Shown: positions 1 through 9,327, counted from the first letter of the stretch. The stretch is DNA of 32,000 nucleotides from Candidatus Saccharimonadota bacterium (GCA_963698035.1 OY969114.1:60001-92000), one strand, 5' to 3'. Translations and numbers: made by a program. The notes: generated from the letters alone by a model not told the origin.

Positions 1-740
1 GCCAGATCAAGGAGTTCGTCAAGGGCAGCATGATAGAGAACGCGCCGGTCCTTCCGGTGATGACCAACCAGGGCAGCAACATAGACGTGCTGCTTGAGAT
101 GATAACGAACATGCCGAAACCGGAGAGGGACCTCACCTCCAATCCGGTGATGTACGTGGTGAGGTCGTTCGACGTGAACAGACCGGGCAGCGACGTAAAG
201 AGGCTTTCCGGTGGCATAATCGGGGGCTCTGTAGAGCGAGGGAGATTTAAGGTAGGCGACATGATAGAGCTCAGGCCGGGGGCCAACTTCGCAGAGCCTG
301 GATCGAAGAAGAATTCTTACAAGAACCTCATAACAGTAATAAAGGGCATAAGCAACGGCGCGGACCAGATGCAGGAGGCGACGCCGGGAGGCCTGGTAGG
401 GCTGTCTACCGAGCTAGACCCTGCCTTCACAAAGGCGGACAACCTAGTTGGTAACCTAGTAGGCCACGTGGGCAAGCTTCCCGAGGCGACAGGCAGCCTT
501 AACATGAAATATCATGCAATCGAGAGGAGCGACGTGCCGAGCCAGAAGATAAAGGAGAATGAGTCCCTTCTCATGGGAATAGGCACGGCAACCGTCATAG
601 GATACGCGAAGAAGGTGAAAAAGGACAACATCGAGGTTGAGCTGAGGACCCCGATTTGCGCTGAGAAGAGCACAAAGATAGCCGTTCTGCGCAATATCTC
701 GCAGAGATGGAGACTCACCGGCTACGGCGTGCTGGGCTGA
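1..740 (+). CDS. eif2g: Translation initiation factor aIF2 gamma subunit, C-terminal part (5' end lies outside the window; reading frame starts at nt 3)
   Basis: The frame is open from nt 3 (QIKEFVKGSMIENAPVLPV...). Domain II/III motifs of e/aIF2-gamma are present: VMYVVRSFDVNRPG, GGIIGGSVERGRFKVGDMIELRPG, GLVGLSTELDP, RWRLTGYG. Stop is TGA at 738-740. Confidence 0.9.
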   Translation, partial: QIKEFVKGSMIENAPVLPVMTNQGSNIDVLLEMITNMPKPERDLTSNPVMYVVRSFDVNRPGSDVKRLSGGIIGGSVERGRFKVGDMIELRPGANFAEPGSKKNSYKNLITVIKGISNGADQMQEATPGGLVGLSTELDPAFTKADNLVGNLVGHVGKLPEATGSLNMKYHAIERSDVPSQKIKENESLLMGIGTATVIGYAKKVKKDNIEVELRTPICAEKSTKIAVLRNISQRWRLTGYGVLG

Positions 741-1740
741 TCCTTGCGTAGTTCTTTGCTATAGATCTCTCCAGCTCTGTACAGATCCTCTCCCTGTCGG
801 CCTGCCTTGACATTACATATTTCTTGGGATCCAATGTGGCAGCGGCGGCCATTGGGTGGCCTCCGCCCCCGAATGCGAATGCGACTGGAGAGCAATCAAG
901 CCCGGTCACGCATCTGAAGTGGACGCGAGGGCTGCCCTTCAATGTGTTTATGTAGATTGCTATCTTGGGCCTGAAGCGCTTCATCATCCTTTCGCATGCG
1001 GTAGTTGCGTGCAGCTCCTCTGCGAAGCCGATGCAGACGCGCAACCCATTTACATCGATAATCCTGGCAGAGCCGATCAGCAGTGCAGTTTGCTTATCTG
1101 CATGCTTTTTGTACTTCCTGTATGCCTGGTCGACTAACCGGCTCTGGAAGTTGCCATTCGCAAGCTGCGCGATTATCTTCCTCAGATTGTTGTCGGCAAA
1201 GTCCAGGTTGCGCCAGTTGAAGTAGCGTATCGCCCACGTATGCCTGTAGAGCCTCGCCAGGGTTCTCCTATCTCTCGTCTGTATGTTGAAATCTGAGAGG
1301 TGCGCGAAATTTGCGAGCCTCTCCTTGAAAGCCGAGTCGACCCCATCATTGTAGAGTTCACGGAGCACGAGCTCTGCGGCGCAGTAGTGCCTGCTCTCGC
1401 GTATCAGCATCAGGTCGCAGTATTTTGATATTTTGGTTACCCAGTCGTCGGGCCATACATGATGGTCTATCCAGACTATGCGGTTGCGCGTCTGCACAAG
1501 GTATTCGAGGACGCCCTCCCAATCCTTGAGCACCTCCCTGTTTATCCCGACATCGGTTATCACAAACAGCCCGTTCTGGGGGTGCAGCCTCTTGATCTGC
1601 TTCTGGAGCTGGGGCATCCTCCTCTTCTCATACCCATAGAAGACGATATTGGATACAGGAACCTTCCAATATCGCACCAAGAAGGCGGCGCACGCCATCC
1701 CATCAATGTCGGCAGCGTGTGTTATGTTGTATAGCTTCAT
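715..1740 (-). CDS. DHH/DHHA1-family phosphoesterase (NrnA/RecJ-like, 341 aa)
   Basis: DHH motifs are present in order: HAADIDG (DxD), VITDVG, WIDHHVW (DHH), plus the C-terminal DHHA1 motif GGGGHPMAAA. Its 3' end overlaps the convergent aIF2-gamma gene by 26 nt. Confidence 0.75.
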   Translation of the reverse strand: MKLYNITHAADIDGMACAAFLVRYWKVPVSNIVFYGYEKRRMPQLQKQIKRLHPQNGLFVITDVGINREVLKDWEGVLEYLVQTRNRIVWIDHHVWPDDWVTKISKYCDLMLIRESRHYCAAELVLRELYNDGVDSAFKERLANFAHLSDFNIQTRDRRTLARLYRHTWAIRYFNWRNLDFADNNLRKIIAQLANGNFQSRLVDQAYRKYKKHADKQTALLIGSARIIDVNGLRVCIGFAEELHATTACERMMKRFRPKIAIYINTLKGSPRVHFRCVTGLDCSPVAFAFGGGGHPMAAAATLDPKKYVMSRQADRERICTELERSIAKNYARISPARRSR

Positions 1741-1758
1741 AAGGCGAACCTCGTGCCG

Positions 1759-2379
1759 CTACTTCCTTATCGTTATCTGGATCGAGCTTACCTTCGATTT
1801 GGTGCCGTCCTCGTTGGCCACCTCCTCTGTGTTGAGCGTGATCGTATCGCTGCTCGGATCCTTCATTGCGGGGAGGAACCTGTGCCTTGTTATCTCCACC
1901 ACATCAACCGCCTTCGATATCGAGTTGCCCCTCGCTTTGACCGCGACGCGCGGCGCGCCCCCGTTTATCTGAGTGACGACCGCGAGGACGTAGTTCATCG
2001 TGGGCTTCTTCCCTATGTAGACCGTGGCATCCTGCGGTATCCCATCAGTAGGCTTTGCTGCAGTGCCTGTGGACGAGACTATCTGTATAAAACTGACTTT
2101 CGACTTTGTGCCATCCTCGTTCGCGAGTTCCTCGGATCCTATGGTTATGTTGCCGCTGCTCGGATCCTTCAGGTCTAGAAGGAACCTCTTCCGGGTTATG
2201 TCCGCCACGTCCACGGCCTTCGATATCGAGTTGCCCCTCGCCTTTATCACAACCTCTTTCGTGCCGCCGTTGAACTGGGTCACCACCGCGAGGACGTAGT
2301 TCATCGTGGGCTTCTTCCCTATGTACACGATATTCTCTGGGGAACCCCGCTTTGATTGGTTTTCTGGAGTTTCTGCCAT
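1759..2379 (-). CDS. albA: Tandem (double-domain) Alba chromatin/RNA-binding protein, 206 aa
   Basis: Two consecutive Alba domains are present: [18 protein letters not shown][F/I]NGG...[19 protein letters not shown]...KDPSS..IT...[16 protein letters not shown]. They repeat with a 102-aa period. Confidence 0.85.
   Translation of the reverse strand: MAETPENQSKRGSPENIVYIGKKPTMNYVLAVVTQFNGGTKEVVIKARGNSISKAVDVADITRKRFLLDLKDPSSGNITIGSEELANEDGTKSKVSFIQIVSSTGTAAKPTDGIPQDATVYIGKKPTMNYVLAVVTQINGGAPRVAVKARGNSISKAVDVVEITRHRFLPAMKDPSSDTITLNTEEVANEDGTKSKVSSIQITIRK
1979..2325. repeat. Intragenic tandem duplication, period 306 bp, including a perfect 41-nt repeat (1979-2019 = 2285-2325)
   Basis: accgcgaggacgtagttcatcgtgggcttcttccctatgta occurs identically at both positions. 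The surrounding DNA is also similar (e.g. ggccttcgatatcgagttgcccctcgc). Confidence 0.9.
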
Positions 2380-2442
2380 TGACTCATCTTGTATTATTGA
2401 TATTGCTGACTCTCCCTAACTCTCATATCTATAAGCGAATAG

Positions 2443-3336
2443 CTATTTAAATGATTTGCTTCTCTTGCCGTGCGACGTTATCTTCCTCATCTCCTTCGCT
2501 ATGTTGACGTCTACCCCAAGCCCTTCAAGCGTATGAAGCGGGTATGCGATCGATATGTCGCGGAGGAGCTTCGCCTCCGCTTCTATGCCTGCGCGCTTCG
2601 CGAGCGGCATCTCCGCCTCTATCGAGCCGTATATCTGCGTGAGCAGCTGCTCGGATAGCTCGGTTATGTGCTCCCGGCTGATCGCTCCGTCATCCATCAT
2701 CTTCCTTATCATCCCCTCGGCCCAGACATTCCTGCTCTGGTCGGCTATGAATATCTTGCCAAGTGACCTCATGAATTCGGGCGATACAGGATAGAAGACC
2801 TTGTAGAAGATGAAGCCGAAGGGCCGGGAATAGGCGTCCCTTATTATCACGTCTGTAGCGACAAGCCTCTCGGGCCACTCGTCGATCTCGGCTATCCTCC
2901 CGAATACTTGCTCTATCTGCTTAGTAGGCTTGTCGACCTTGTGCCCAAGCCCCTCTATCATGTTGCGCAGCGCCCTTGCGTGCCTCTCCCTCTCCTTCGA
3001 CAGCTCGGCGAAGTGCCCCCTTATCATTTCCATACCGCTAGGCGGCCGCTCTGCCGCCCACCGCGCAGCTATCCTGCCGGTTGCCTCTACTCCGTAGTAG
3101 AACTGGTTCAGTATGTGTATGACAGCATCGATATCGAAGACCACGCCGTTCGGCAGCCTTACATACCTTGCCGTCACCTCTCCCTTCTTCCTGCGGACGT
3201 TTATGAAGCTTATCGCCTGCTTTATCGTATTTATGTTGCTCTCCTTGGCGTACCTGTATATGTAGGGCCTGAGCCATTCAGGCACCCCGTATTTTCTCAT
3301 CGCGGTGCCGATCATGCTGTCTAGCAGGGGGTTCAC
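2443..3336 (-). CDS. Hypothetical protein, 297 aa (helical; possibly ferritin-like, family not recognised)
   Basis: Long ORF with host-like codon usage and no competing ORF. No diagnostic motif was recognised. Confidence 0.55.
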   Translation of the reverse strand: MNPLLDSMIGTAMRKYGVPEWLRPYIYRYAKESNINTIKQAISFINVRRKKGEVTARYVRLPNGVVFDIDAVIHILNQFYYGVEATGRIAARWAAERPPSGMEMIRGHFAELSKERERHARALRNMIEGLGHKVDKPTKQIEQVFGRIAEIDEWPERLVATDVIIRDAYSRPFGFIFYKVFYPVSPEFMRSLGKIFIADQSRNVWAEGMIRKMMDDGAISREHITELSEQLLTQIYGSIEAEMPLAKRAGIEAEAKLLRDISIAYPLHTLEGLGVDVNIAKEMRKITSHGKRSKSFK

Positions 3337-3356
3337 TCAATACACCATCTGATTTG

Positions 3357-4979
3357 TCAACCATGTAATTTATGTTTTTCTTTTTTGGCCCTTTTCTTCA
3401 TAAACCTGTATCCGATGAAGGCGGCGAGCACGACTACGATAGCCGCAATTATCACCTGGTCGGTGCTGCTGATGCTGGATGCGTTGCTCACCTGCATATA
3501 GTAGCCGCTCGAGCTGCTGAACTGCTGCGTGATGTAGCCATTCGGCTGCCTCCACTGCTCGTAGAGCGTTACCGGGTACGCGCCTGGGGCGCCATTCGAA
3601 CCGGTATCAACATAGAAGACAACGTTCGCAGACTGGCCTGGCGCCAGGCTCTCGACATAGAAGTCGGGGGTGACGGGTGTTATAGGATATGTGCTCTGCA
3701 GGCTGAAGGTTATCTCCTGGGCCTGCTCGTTGCCGGTGTTCTGCACCGTGAAGGCAACCCTCTGGTAGGAGCCTCCTGGTGTGACGCTGCCGTTGAACGA
3801 TGTTATGTTGAATATCGCGCTCTTCACCAGATTCAAGGTCACGTTCTGGTCCGCCACCACGTTGCCCCGGTAGTTCTCGTAGCTGTACTTGTACTGCACT
3901 GGCAGCGATGCGCTCATCTGCCCCAGGGTGCTGCTAGCGCTTATGAAGACCGTTTCTGTGGTCTCTGCTCCAGCGGCGAGCGCCCCTATGAAGAAGCTGG
4001 ATGCCGTTCCGCTGACGCCTATGCCGTTGCTGCTCAGGAAATTGACCGTGAGGTTGTCCGCCTGGCCTGAGCCCACGTTCTGTATGAGCATGGTAAGGGT
4101 CTGGTTTGCGCCGGGGTAGACCTGCGGCGGGATCGCGCCGACTATGCTGGTGACTATCTGGGGATTGTTTAGCAGTATGTCTATCGGCACGCTCACTACT
4201 GTGTTGGTGGCGCTGCCCTCTTGTGTAATGTAGCTCAGCCTCGCGGTCAGGTAATTCAGGCCGCCGGTGATGTTCTGAGAGGTAAATATGCTCGCTGTGG
4301 CGCTGCTAGAACCTCCGGCTGGTATTATGCCGAGCTGGAAGGTGCTGGGGCCGTTTGGGGCGAATGAGTTAGAGGCGAGTATCTGCACCGAAACGTTCCT
4401 GGCAGTGTCTGTACCGCCGTTTACCGCGCTGAGGGTCGCTGTGAAATCGCGGGCCGGGATTATCTGGCCGGTCGGGAATATATTGAGCGAAATCTGCGGG
4501 GCGCCGTAGACGTATATGTAGATGGGGATCACCGATTCCGCCGCTATCGCGGTGCCCGCGCCGGTGCCCTCGTTCGTCTGGTACTGCGCGACGACGTCTA
4601 TCGTGTACTCGCCGGCTGGCAGCGTAGATGGAACGTGAAGCTTGTAGATGAAATAGTCGTTGCCCAAGCCCCCGTATTCGCCTGTGCCTATGCTGTCGAT
4701 GAGGTAGCTATAGCTTGGCGAGACGTTGAGTATCGGGTTCTGAGCCTCAAGCTGGAGGTTGACCTGGCTTAGCGACTGGCTGTACGAGTTGAAGAGCTGG
4801 AAGCCTACAGTTATGTTGTCTCCGGCCACTACCGGCGCCGGGTTTATCTGCAGGTTCGTCAGCGAGAGCGCGCCCGTTGCAGACGAGGTCGATGATGTTG
4901 TCTGCGCCGATGCCAATCCTACAAGCAGGACCGACAGCAAAAACAGCGATCCAAGCCCTTGTATTATTTTTCCTTTCAT
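3357..4979 (-). CDS. Secreted, C-terminally membrane-anchored cell-surface protein with repeated beta-rich (CARDB/COG1361 S-layer-like) domains, 540 aa
   Basis: N-terminal signal peptide (MKGKIIQGLGSLFLLSVLLVGLASAQ) followed by a Ser/Thr-rich tract. The body is repetitive, beta-rich and carries many N-x-S/T sequons. The C terminus has a TM helix and basic tail (IIAAIVVVLAAFIGYRFMKKRAKKEKHK). Confidence 0.7.
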   Translation of the reverse strand: MKGKIIQGLGSLFLLSVLLVGLASAQTTSSTSSATGALSLTNLQINPAPVVAGDNITVGFQLFNSYSQSLSQVNLQLEAQNPILNVSPSYSYLIDSIGTGEYGGLGNDYFIYKLHVPSTLPAGEYTIDVVAQYQTNEGTGAGTAIAAESVIPIYIYVYGAPQISLNIFPTGQIIPARDFTATLSAVNGGTDTARNVSVQILASNSFAPNGPSTFQLGIIPAGGSSSATASIFTSQNITGGLNYLTARLSYITQEGSATNTVVSVPIDILLNNPQIVTSIVGAIPPQVYPGANQTLTMLIQNVGSGQADNLTVNFLSSNGIGVSGTASSFFIGALAAGAETTETVFISASSTLGQMSASLPVQYKYSYENYRGNVVADQNVTLNLVKSAIFNITSFNGSVTPGGSYQRVAFTVQNTGNEQAQEITFSLQSTYPITPVTPDFYVESLAPGQSANVVFYVDTGSNGAPGAYPVTLYEQWRQPNGYITQQFSSSSGYYMQVSNASSISSTDQVIIAAIVVVLAAFIGYRFMKKRAKKEKHKLHG

Positions 4980-5000
4980 GGTTTCACCTATCTATAATCA

Positions 5001-6134
5001 TCAGTCTATTGTGCTCTTGAACAGCAGTATGCTTATTATGGTCATTATGACGCCGAAAACCGCAAGAACCGCGATGTCTACAGCTGCGCTCGCGAGCGGG
5101 TACATCCCCTGAAGGATCACAAACCTGAAGCCGTTTAGCGCGTATGTCATCGGGTCGACTACGCTCACCGCCTGCAGTATCGGCGGAAAGCTCGATACCG
5201 GGAATATGCCGCCCGAGAGGAACCAGAGTGGCATCCCTATCGCCTGCCCGAATATTGTATATGCCTGCAGGTTCTTCATCCTTGCCGCAATAGCCGCGGA
5301 TACGGAGGTCATGCACACCGCCAGCAGTATGCCGATTACGAATATCCAGAACAGCCCGACAACGCCCATCGCGATCGTGGAGCCGAGCGCCATCCCTATG
5401 AGTATCACTACGGCTATGGACAGGATTGATTGTATCGCCCCTGAGAATACCCTGCCGAGCAGTATCGCGGACTTGTTTATCGGGGTTATGAGGAACGCCT
5501 TTATGTTGCCACCCAGCTTGTCCTGTATTATGGAGAGCCCGCTGCCGAAGAGCGCACTGAAGGTTATCACCATCCCTATGACACCTGCGAATAGGAAATC
5601 GTCGTAATTACCCGTGGCGCCCGTCACAGGCGTCGCCACATACGCCGCGGCGGGAGATGAAGATGGAAGGTACTGGCTGCTCTGGAAGTTGCCTGGAGAG
5701 CTGAATTCCAAAACAAGCTGCTGTATCGCCGGCAGCAACGTGGCTGTGACGCTGTATTGCACGTTGTTGTAGTAGACCTGGACGGAGGGGCTTCCCTGGC
5801 GCGATGGGAAATTGGGCAGTATGACTATTACGAAGTTGACCTGACCCGCGGAGAGCATCGCCAGCGCCTGCTGCTGGGTGGATATCGACTGCACGTCCAT
5901 CAGGCTCTTGGAGCTTAGGGCGCTTATGAGCTGGCCGGACTGGACGTTATTTGCATAGTTTACTACGACTACAGGCGCGTTCGTGACCGCGCTGCCAAGG
6001 AAGCTGAAGAATATGAGCATGACGAGCGGGAACATCGCGATTCTCATTAGGTTGGTGCGGAGGTTAGCCTTGAATATCAGCAGTTCGCGCTTGCACAGGA
6101 TTATAGAGTCTTTAAGGAGGCTCATCGTCTCCAC
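5001..6134 (-). CDS. ABC-2 type exporter permease, 377 aa
   Basis: One N-terminal TM helix, a large extracytoplasmic loop, then a C-terminal bundle of about 5 TM helices. This is the typical ABC-2 architecture. The start overlaps the ATPase gene by 13 nt. Confidence 0.8.
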   Translation of the reverse strand: METMSLLKDSIILCKRELLIFKANLRTNLMRIAMFPLVMLIFFSFLGSAVTNAPVVVVNYANNVQSGQLISALSSKSLMDVQSISTQQQALAMLSAGQVNFVIVILPNFPSRQGSPSVQVYYNNVQYSVTATLLPAIQQLVLEFSSPGNFQSSQYLPSSSPAAAYVATPVTGATGNYDDFLFAGVIGMVITFSALFGSGLSIIQDKLGGNIKAFLITPINKSAILLGRVFSGAIQSILSIAVVILIGMALGSTIAMGVVGLFWIFVIGILLAVCMTSVSAAIAARMKNLQAYTIFGQAIGMPLWFLSGGIFPVSSFPPILQAVSVVDPMTYALNGFRFVILQGMYPLASAAVDIAVLAVFGVIMTIISILLFKSTID

Positions 6135-7111
6135 CTCACGTTGCTCCTCCCACCCTGCATATCTCCTGCGGTGTCACGCATGCCGGTGCCGGTCAGTTTT
6201 ATGAATACGTCGTCAAGGGTGGGAAGGTGGCTTCCTATCGATAGGACGGTTATCCTCTCCTTGTCGAGCATCGCAGAAATATTTGTGAACTCCGACTCCA
6301 CGCTCTTGTCGAGCGGCGCGGTGACCTTGTCGCTCCTATAGGTGGCAGCTATGCCAAACTTTGACTTGAGCAGAGATACCACCTTCTGCGCCTCGTCGAG
6401 CTTTACAACAACCTCGAGAATCTTGCCGCTGCCCGCTATCCTCTTTATCTCTGACGGCGTGCCGAGCGCGATTATCTTGCCGTGGTCTATTATTGCTAGG
6501 CGGTCGCATAGCTGGTCCGCCTCCTCGAGGTACTGCGTTGTCAGTATTATTGTGATCCCCTCCTTGTTCTGCTCCTTCATACGGGCCCACATGGTGGATC
6601 TGTTCTGCACGTCTAGGCCGCTGGTCGGCTCGTCGAGCACCAGTATCTTGGGCTCCTGTATCATGGCCCTCACTAAGCCGAGCCTTCTCTGCATTCCTCC
6701 GGAGAAGGTGCCCGTCTTTACGTCAGCAAAATTTATAAGCCCCGCCTCCTCTAGAGCCACCTTTATCCTGCCAGGTATCTTTGATTCGGGTATGTGGTAA
6801 AGGTGTGCAAATAGGTCGAGATTCTGCCTGGCGGTAAGGTCGGCCTCCACGACAGTCTCCTGGGTCATGAGCCCCATGAGCTGCTTCGCCTTCTCGTGGT
6901 TCTTGGAGAGCTCCATCCCCGCCACAGTTATCTTCCCGGAAGTTGGAGTAAGAAGCGTGAGGAGCATGTTTATGATCGTCGTCTTTCCGGCGCCGTTCGG
7001 CCCCAAAAGCCCGAATATCTCGCCTTCCTTGACGCTCAGGCTTACTCCGTCTACCGCGGTCAGATTTGTGAACCTCTTGACAAGGTGCTCTATTTTGATT
7101 ATGTCGGGCAT
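6122..7111 (-). CDS. ABC transporter ATP-binding protein (DrrA/CcmA-like), 329 aa
   Basis: Walker A GPNGAGKTT, Q-loop, signature FSGGMQRRL, Walker B ILVLDEPTSGLD and an H-loop (ILTTQY region). Confidence 0.9.
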   Translation of the reverse strand: MPDIIKIEHLVKRFTNLTAVDGVSLSVKEGEIFGLLGPNGAGKTTIINMLLTLLTPTSGKITVAGMELSKNHEKAKQLMGLMTQETVVEADLTARQNLDLFAHLYHIPESKIPGRIKVALEEAGLINFADVKTGTFSGGMQRRLGLVRAMIQEPKILVLDEPTSGLDVQNRSTMWARMKEQNKEGITIILTTQYLEEADQLCDRLAIIDHGKIIALGTPSEIKRIAGSGKILEVVVKLDEAQKVVSLLKSKFGIAATYRSDKVTAPLDKSVESEFTNISAMLDKERITVLSIGSHLPTLDDVFIKLTGTGMRDTAGDMQGGRSNVRWRR

Positions 7112-7115
7112 GTAC

Positions 7116-7466
7116 TCATTTCAGAAGCGTATGGGTGTAGCCCATCATTAACTTGAAGGCCTTGCCGATAGAAGCAACGGTGCTGCTGCCCTTCTTGGTT
7201 ATCACGTAGTATTTCTTCGCCTTGCCCTTGTTCCTTACCACCGCCTTTATGTAGCCGGATTTCTCGAGGGAGCTTAGTACGTTGTAGACGTCGTTCTTTA
7301 TCGTGGCACCGAAGAAGGCGGCGGAGTGGCCGCTTTCGAATTCCTTTATTAGCGCATAAGGATAGGTGCTCTCCGACTTTATCCTGACGAGTATCCTGAT
7401 CTTCAGTATCGTGTGCCGCATGTCCTTCGTCATGAAGTCGGGTGACTTCGGCATATCTGCTCTCAT
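7116..7466 (-). CDS. PadR-family winged-helix transcriptional regulator, 116 aa
   Basis: PadR-like pattern: YPYALIKEFE...VYNVLSSLEKSGYIKAV...KKYYVITKKG. Its stop lies 4 nt from the ABC ATPase start. An alternative start at Met5 is possible. Confidence 0.7.
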   Translation of the reverse strand: MRADMPKSPDFMTKDMRHTILKIRILVRIKSESTYPYALIKEFESGHSAAFFGATIKNDVYNVLSSLEKSGYIKAVVRNKGKAKKYYVITKKGSSTVASIGKAFKLMMGYTHTLLK

Positions 7467-7473
7467 TGCCCCA

Positions 7474-7509
7474 CTAGTTTAAACTTAAAATAGTTTAAAT
7501 TTAAACTAG
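7474..7509. promoter_or_regulatory. Candidate PadR operator/promoter: perfect 18-bp palindrome plus a third half-site
   Basis: TAGTTTAAATTTAAACTA (7491-7508) is its own reverse complement. An extra direct half-site CTAGTTTAAAC lies at 7474-7484. All sites lie 8-43 nt upstream of the padR-like start and contain TATA-like TTTAAA. Confidence 0.55.
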
Positions 7510-7619
7510 CATAGGAAGCTAAAGGTTATAAAGCTTTCTCAACTACGGGCACGGCCGGTAAACTCGCAACTAAGATATGGCCCTGACAAAGCTATCGTAT
7601 GGTTTTAGCCAAATTGTGA

Positions 7620-9092
7620 TTAGGCAACGCTGCCCTCGGCAGTGTAGAGCATGAGCTCCGGATACTTCCTTGACACCTGGCTTGCGCGTATTCCGTATAT
7701 CTGCTTGACCCCGCTGCTGTGGGAGAGGTCGACGAGCCTCTGGGTTATTATGCCGTCGAAGACCACCGCCCCGATGCCGTGTATCTCCTGTATTTGCTGG
7801 ATGAGCTCCCTTATTGGTATCTCCCCAAGCATCTTCCCATTCTCTGAGTAGATTCTTCCGCGCAGGGTGTTCTTCAGCTCGCCCAGTGCCTTTACGAACT
7901 CCTGGTTGGGCTGCCCAGGCGCTGGCGCTCCGCCTTGCGGCTCGAGTGCGGGTATGCTCTCAAGTCCCGTGGTCTCTCCCATGTTCCCCTCCATGTCCTT
8001 TATCCCGAGCGACGCCGACGATGACGGGTGCTGCGCCTCAGGTTCCTTTATTTCAGGCCTTTGGAAGTCCCTGTTCTGCAGGTTCTTCGCTATCTCCATG
8101 GGGCTGAGCACCGGCTCCTTCTCCGGCATCTGCTGCGCTGGAGGCCTGTTCTCCTGCGGCTTCTGCTGGACGGGTTCGACATTGCGATCCCTGAACCTGT
8201 TCATGTACCTGTTCTGCTGCGCGGCATCCTGCCTCTCCTGGCGCTCCTGCCTCTGCTTGTTGTTGGCCATTATCTGCTCCACCGGAACCCTGGAGCGCAG
8301 TGCCTTTATTATCTCCTTCCTGGTTAGCTCCTCGACCTCCTTGCCGTCCGGGGCTTTCGCCACGAAGTCTATCTCTGCCACGTTCATGATGCTCCTTATT
8401 ATCATATCGCCTCCCCTGTCGCCGTCCACGAAAAGGGTTGCCTCCTTTGCTGCGCAGAGGTCTATTATCGTCTTCGGTATCGTGCCCGCAGCGCCCCCCA
8501 CGGCTATGCAGTTTGCGATGTCGTTCTTGAGCAGGTTTATCACGTCCGCCCTGCCCTCTACCAGTATGACCTCGTCTCCCTTCTCTATCTCGGGGCCGGC
8601 GGGCAGGTTGTCCAGGCCGTATACGCCCACAGTGCTGGTCTTGACATCCGCCTCGACCATGTCGCTTATCTCCCTGCTGTCCGGTATCTCGGTTACGAGT
8701 AGGTTCTTCACAAGGTCCTTCGCCCTGTTGATTATGTGCCTCCTCTTCTCGTTCCTCGTATCCTCTATCTTCATTATCTTGAAGGCAGTCTCGAACGGGC
8801 CGACCCTGTCGACCGATTCTATTGCTGCGGCAAGTATGCAGGTCTCGACCCTGCCCAGCGATGAGGGGAGGAGGAGCTTGCCGTAGGTCTTGTTGCCCGA
8901 GCTTGCGCTCTCTATCTCTATCCTACCTATCTTCCCGTTCTTCTGAAGCTCCCTGAGGTCCAGGTCGCTGCCAAGGAGGCCCTCCGTCTGCCCGAAGACC
9001 GCGCCTATTATGTCGGGCTTGTCAACCGAGCCGGAGATGTCGAACCTCGCCTCTACCATGTACTTTACTATGTCTATGTATGATTTTGCCAT
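7620..9092 (-). CDS. dnaG: Archaeal DnaG-type primase / exosome-associated Toprim protein, 490 aa
   Basis: The N terminus is characteristic of archaeal DnaG: IVKYMVEARFDISGSVDKPDIIGAVFGQTEGLLG...RIGRIEI. The Toprim core is present (ILVEGRADV...FVDGDRGGD). The C-terminal domain is conserved. Confidence 0.85.
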   Translation of the reverse strand: MAKSYIDIVKYMVEARFDISGSVDKPDIIGAVFGQTEGLLGSDLDLRELQKNGKIGRIEIESASSGNKTYGKLLLPSSLGRVETCILAAAIESVDRVGPFETAFKIMKIEDTRNEKRRHIINRAKDLVKNLLVTEIPDSREISDMVEADVKTSTVGVYGLDNLPAGPEIEKGDEVILVEGRADVINLLKNDIANCIAVGGAAGTIPKTIIDLCAAKEATLFVDGDRGGDMIIRSIMNVAEIDFVAKAPDGKEVEELTRKEIIKALRSRVPVEQIMANNKQRQERQERQDAAQQNRYMNRFRDRNVEPVQQKPQENRPPAQQMPEKEPVLSPMEIAKNLQNRDFQRPEIKEPEAQHPSSSASLGIKDMEGNMGETTGLESIPALEPQGGAPAPGQPNQEFVKALGELKNTLRGRIYSENGKMLGEIPIRELIQQIQEIHGIGAVVFDGIITQRLVDLSHSSGVKQIYGIRASQVSRKYPELMLYTAEGSVA

Positions 9093-9327
9093 TCTGACAC
9101 CTTTTGCTATCTTAGCTAATGGTCAGAAAGAGAAAGAGGTTATGATACTCCGGACTCGCCGAGGCTGCGCTCAGAGTGCACCCCTTCCTTACCGGAGAAG
9201 TAAGTATGATTTATCATCAAATTAACCTGCTTTTTCTCCTGCGACTTTTAGCTGTATATATTTGTTTCAATAGTTATAAATAGCTTTTCTGCTGCTTCGC
9301 CAGGTGCCAGTTTTGGCGTATGCTCGA

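Noticed and set aside
7867-8886. 339-aa plus-strand ORF
   Set aside because: It is entirely antisense to the well-supported dnaG gene. Its composition is Ser/Leu/Cys/Pro-rich and low-complexity, typical of a shadow ORF.
9093-9327. Possible C/D-box sRNA or other ncRNA between dnaG and hjc (CTCCGG...CCGGAG stem, ATGATA strings)
   Set aside because: No proper C (RUGAUGA) / D (CUGA) box pairs at the right spacing. The stem is only 6 bp with a 40-nt loop. The region is more simply read as promoter and terminator.
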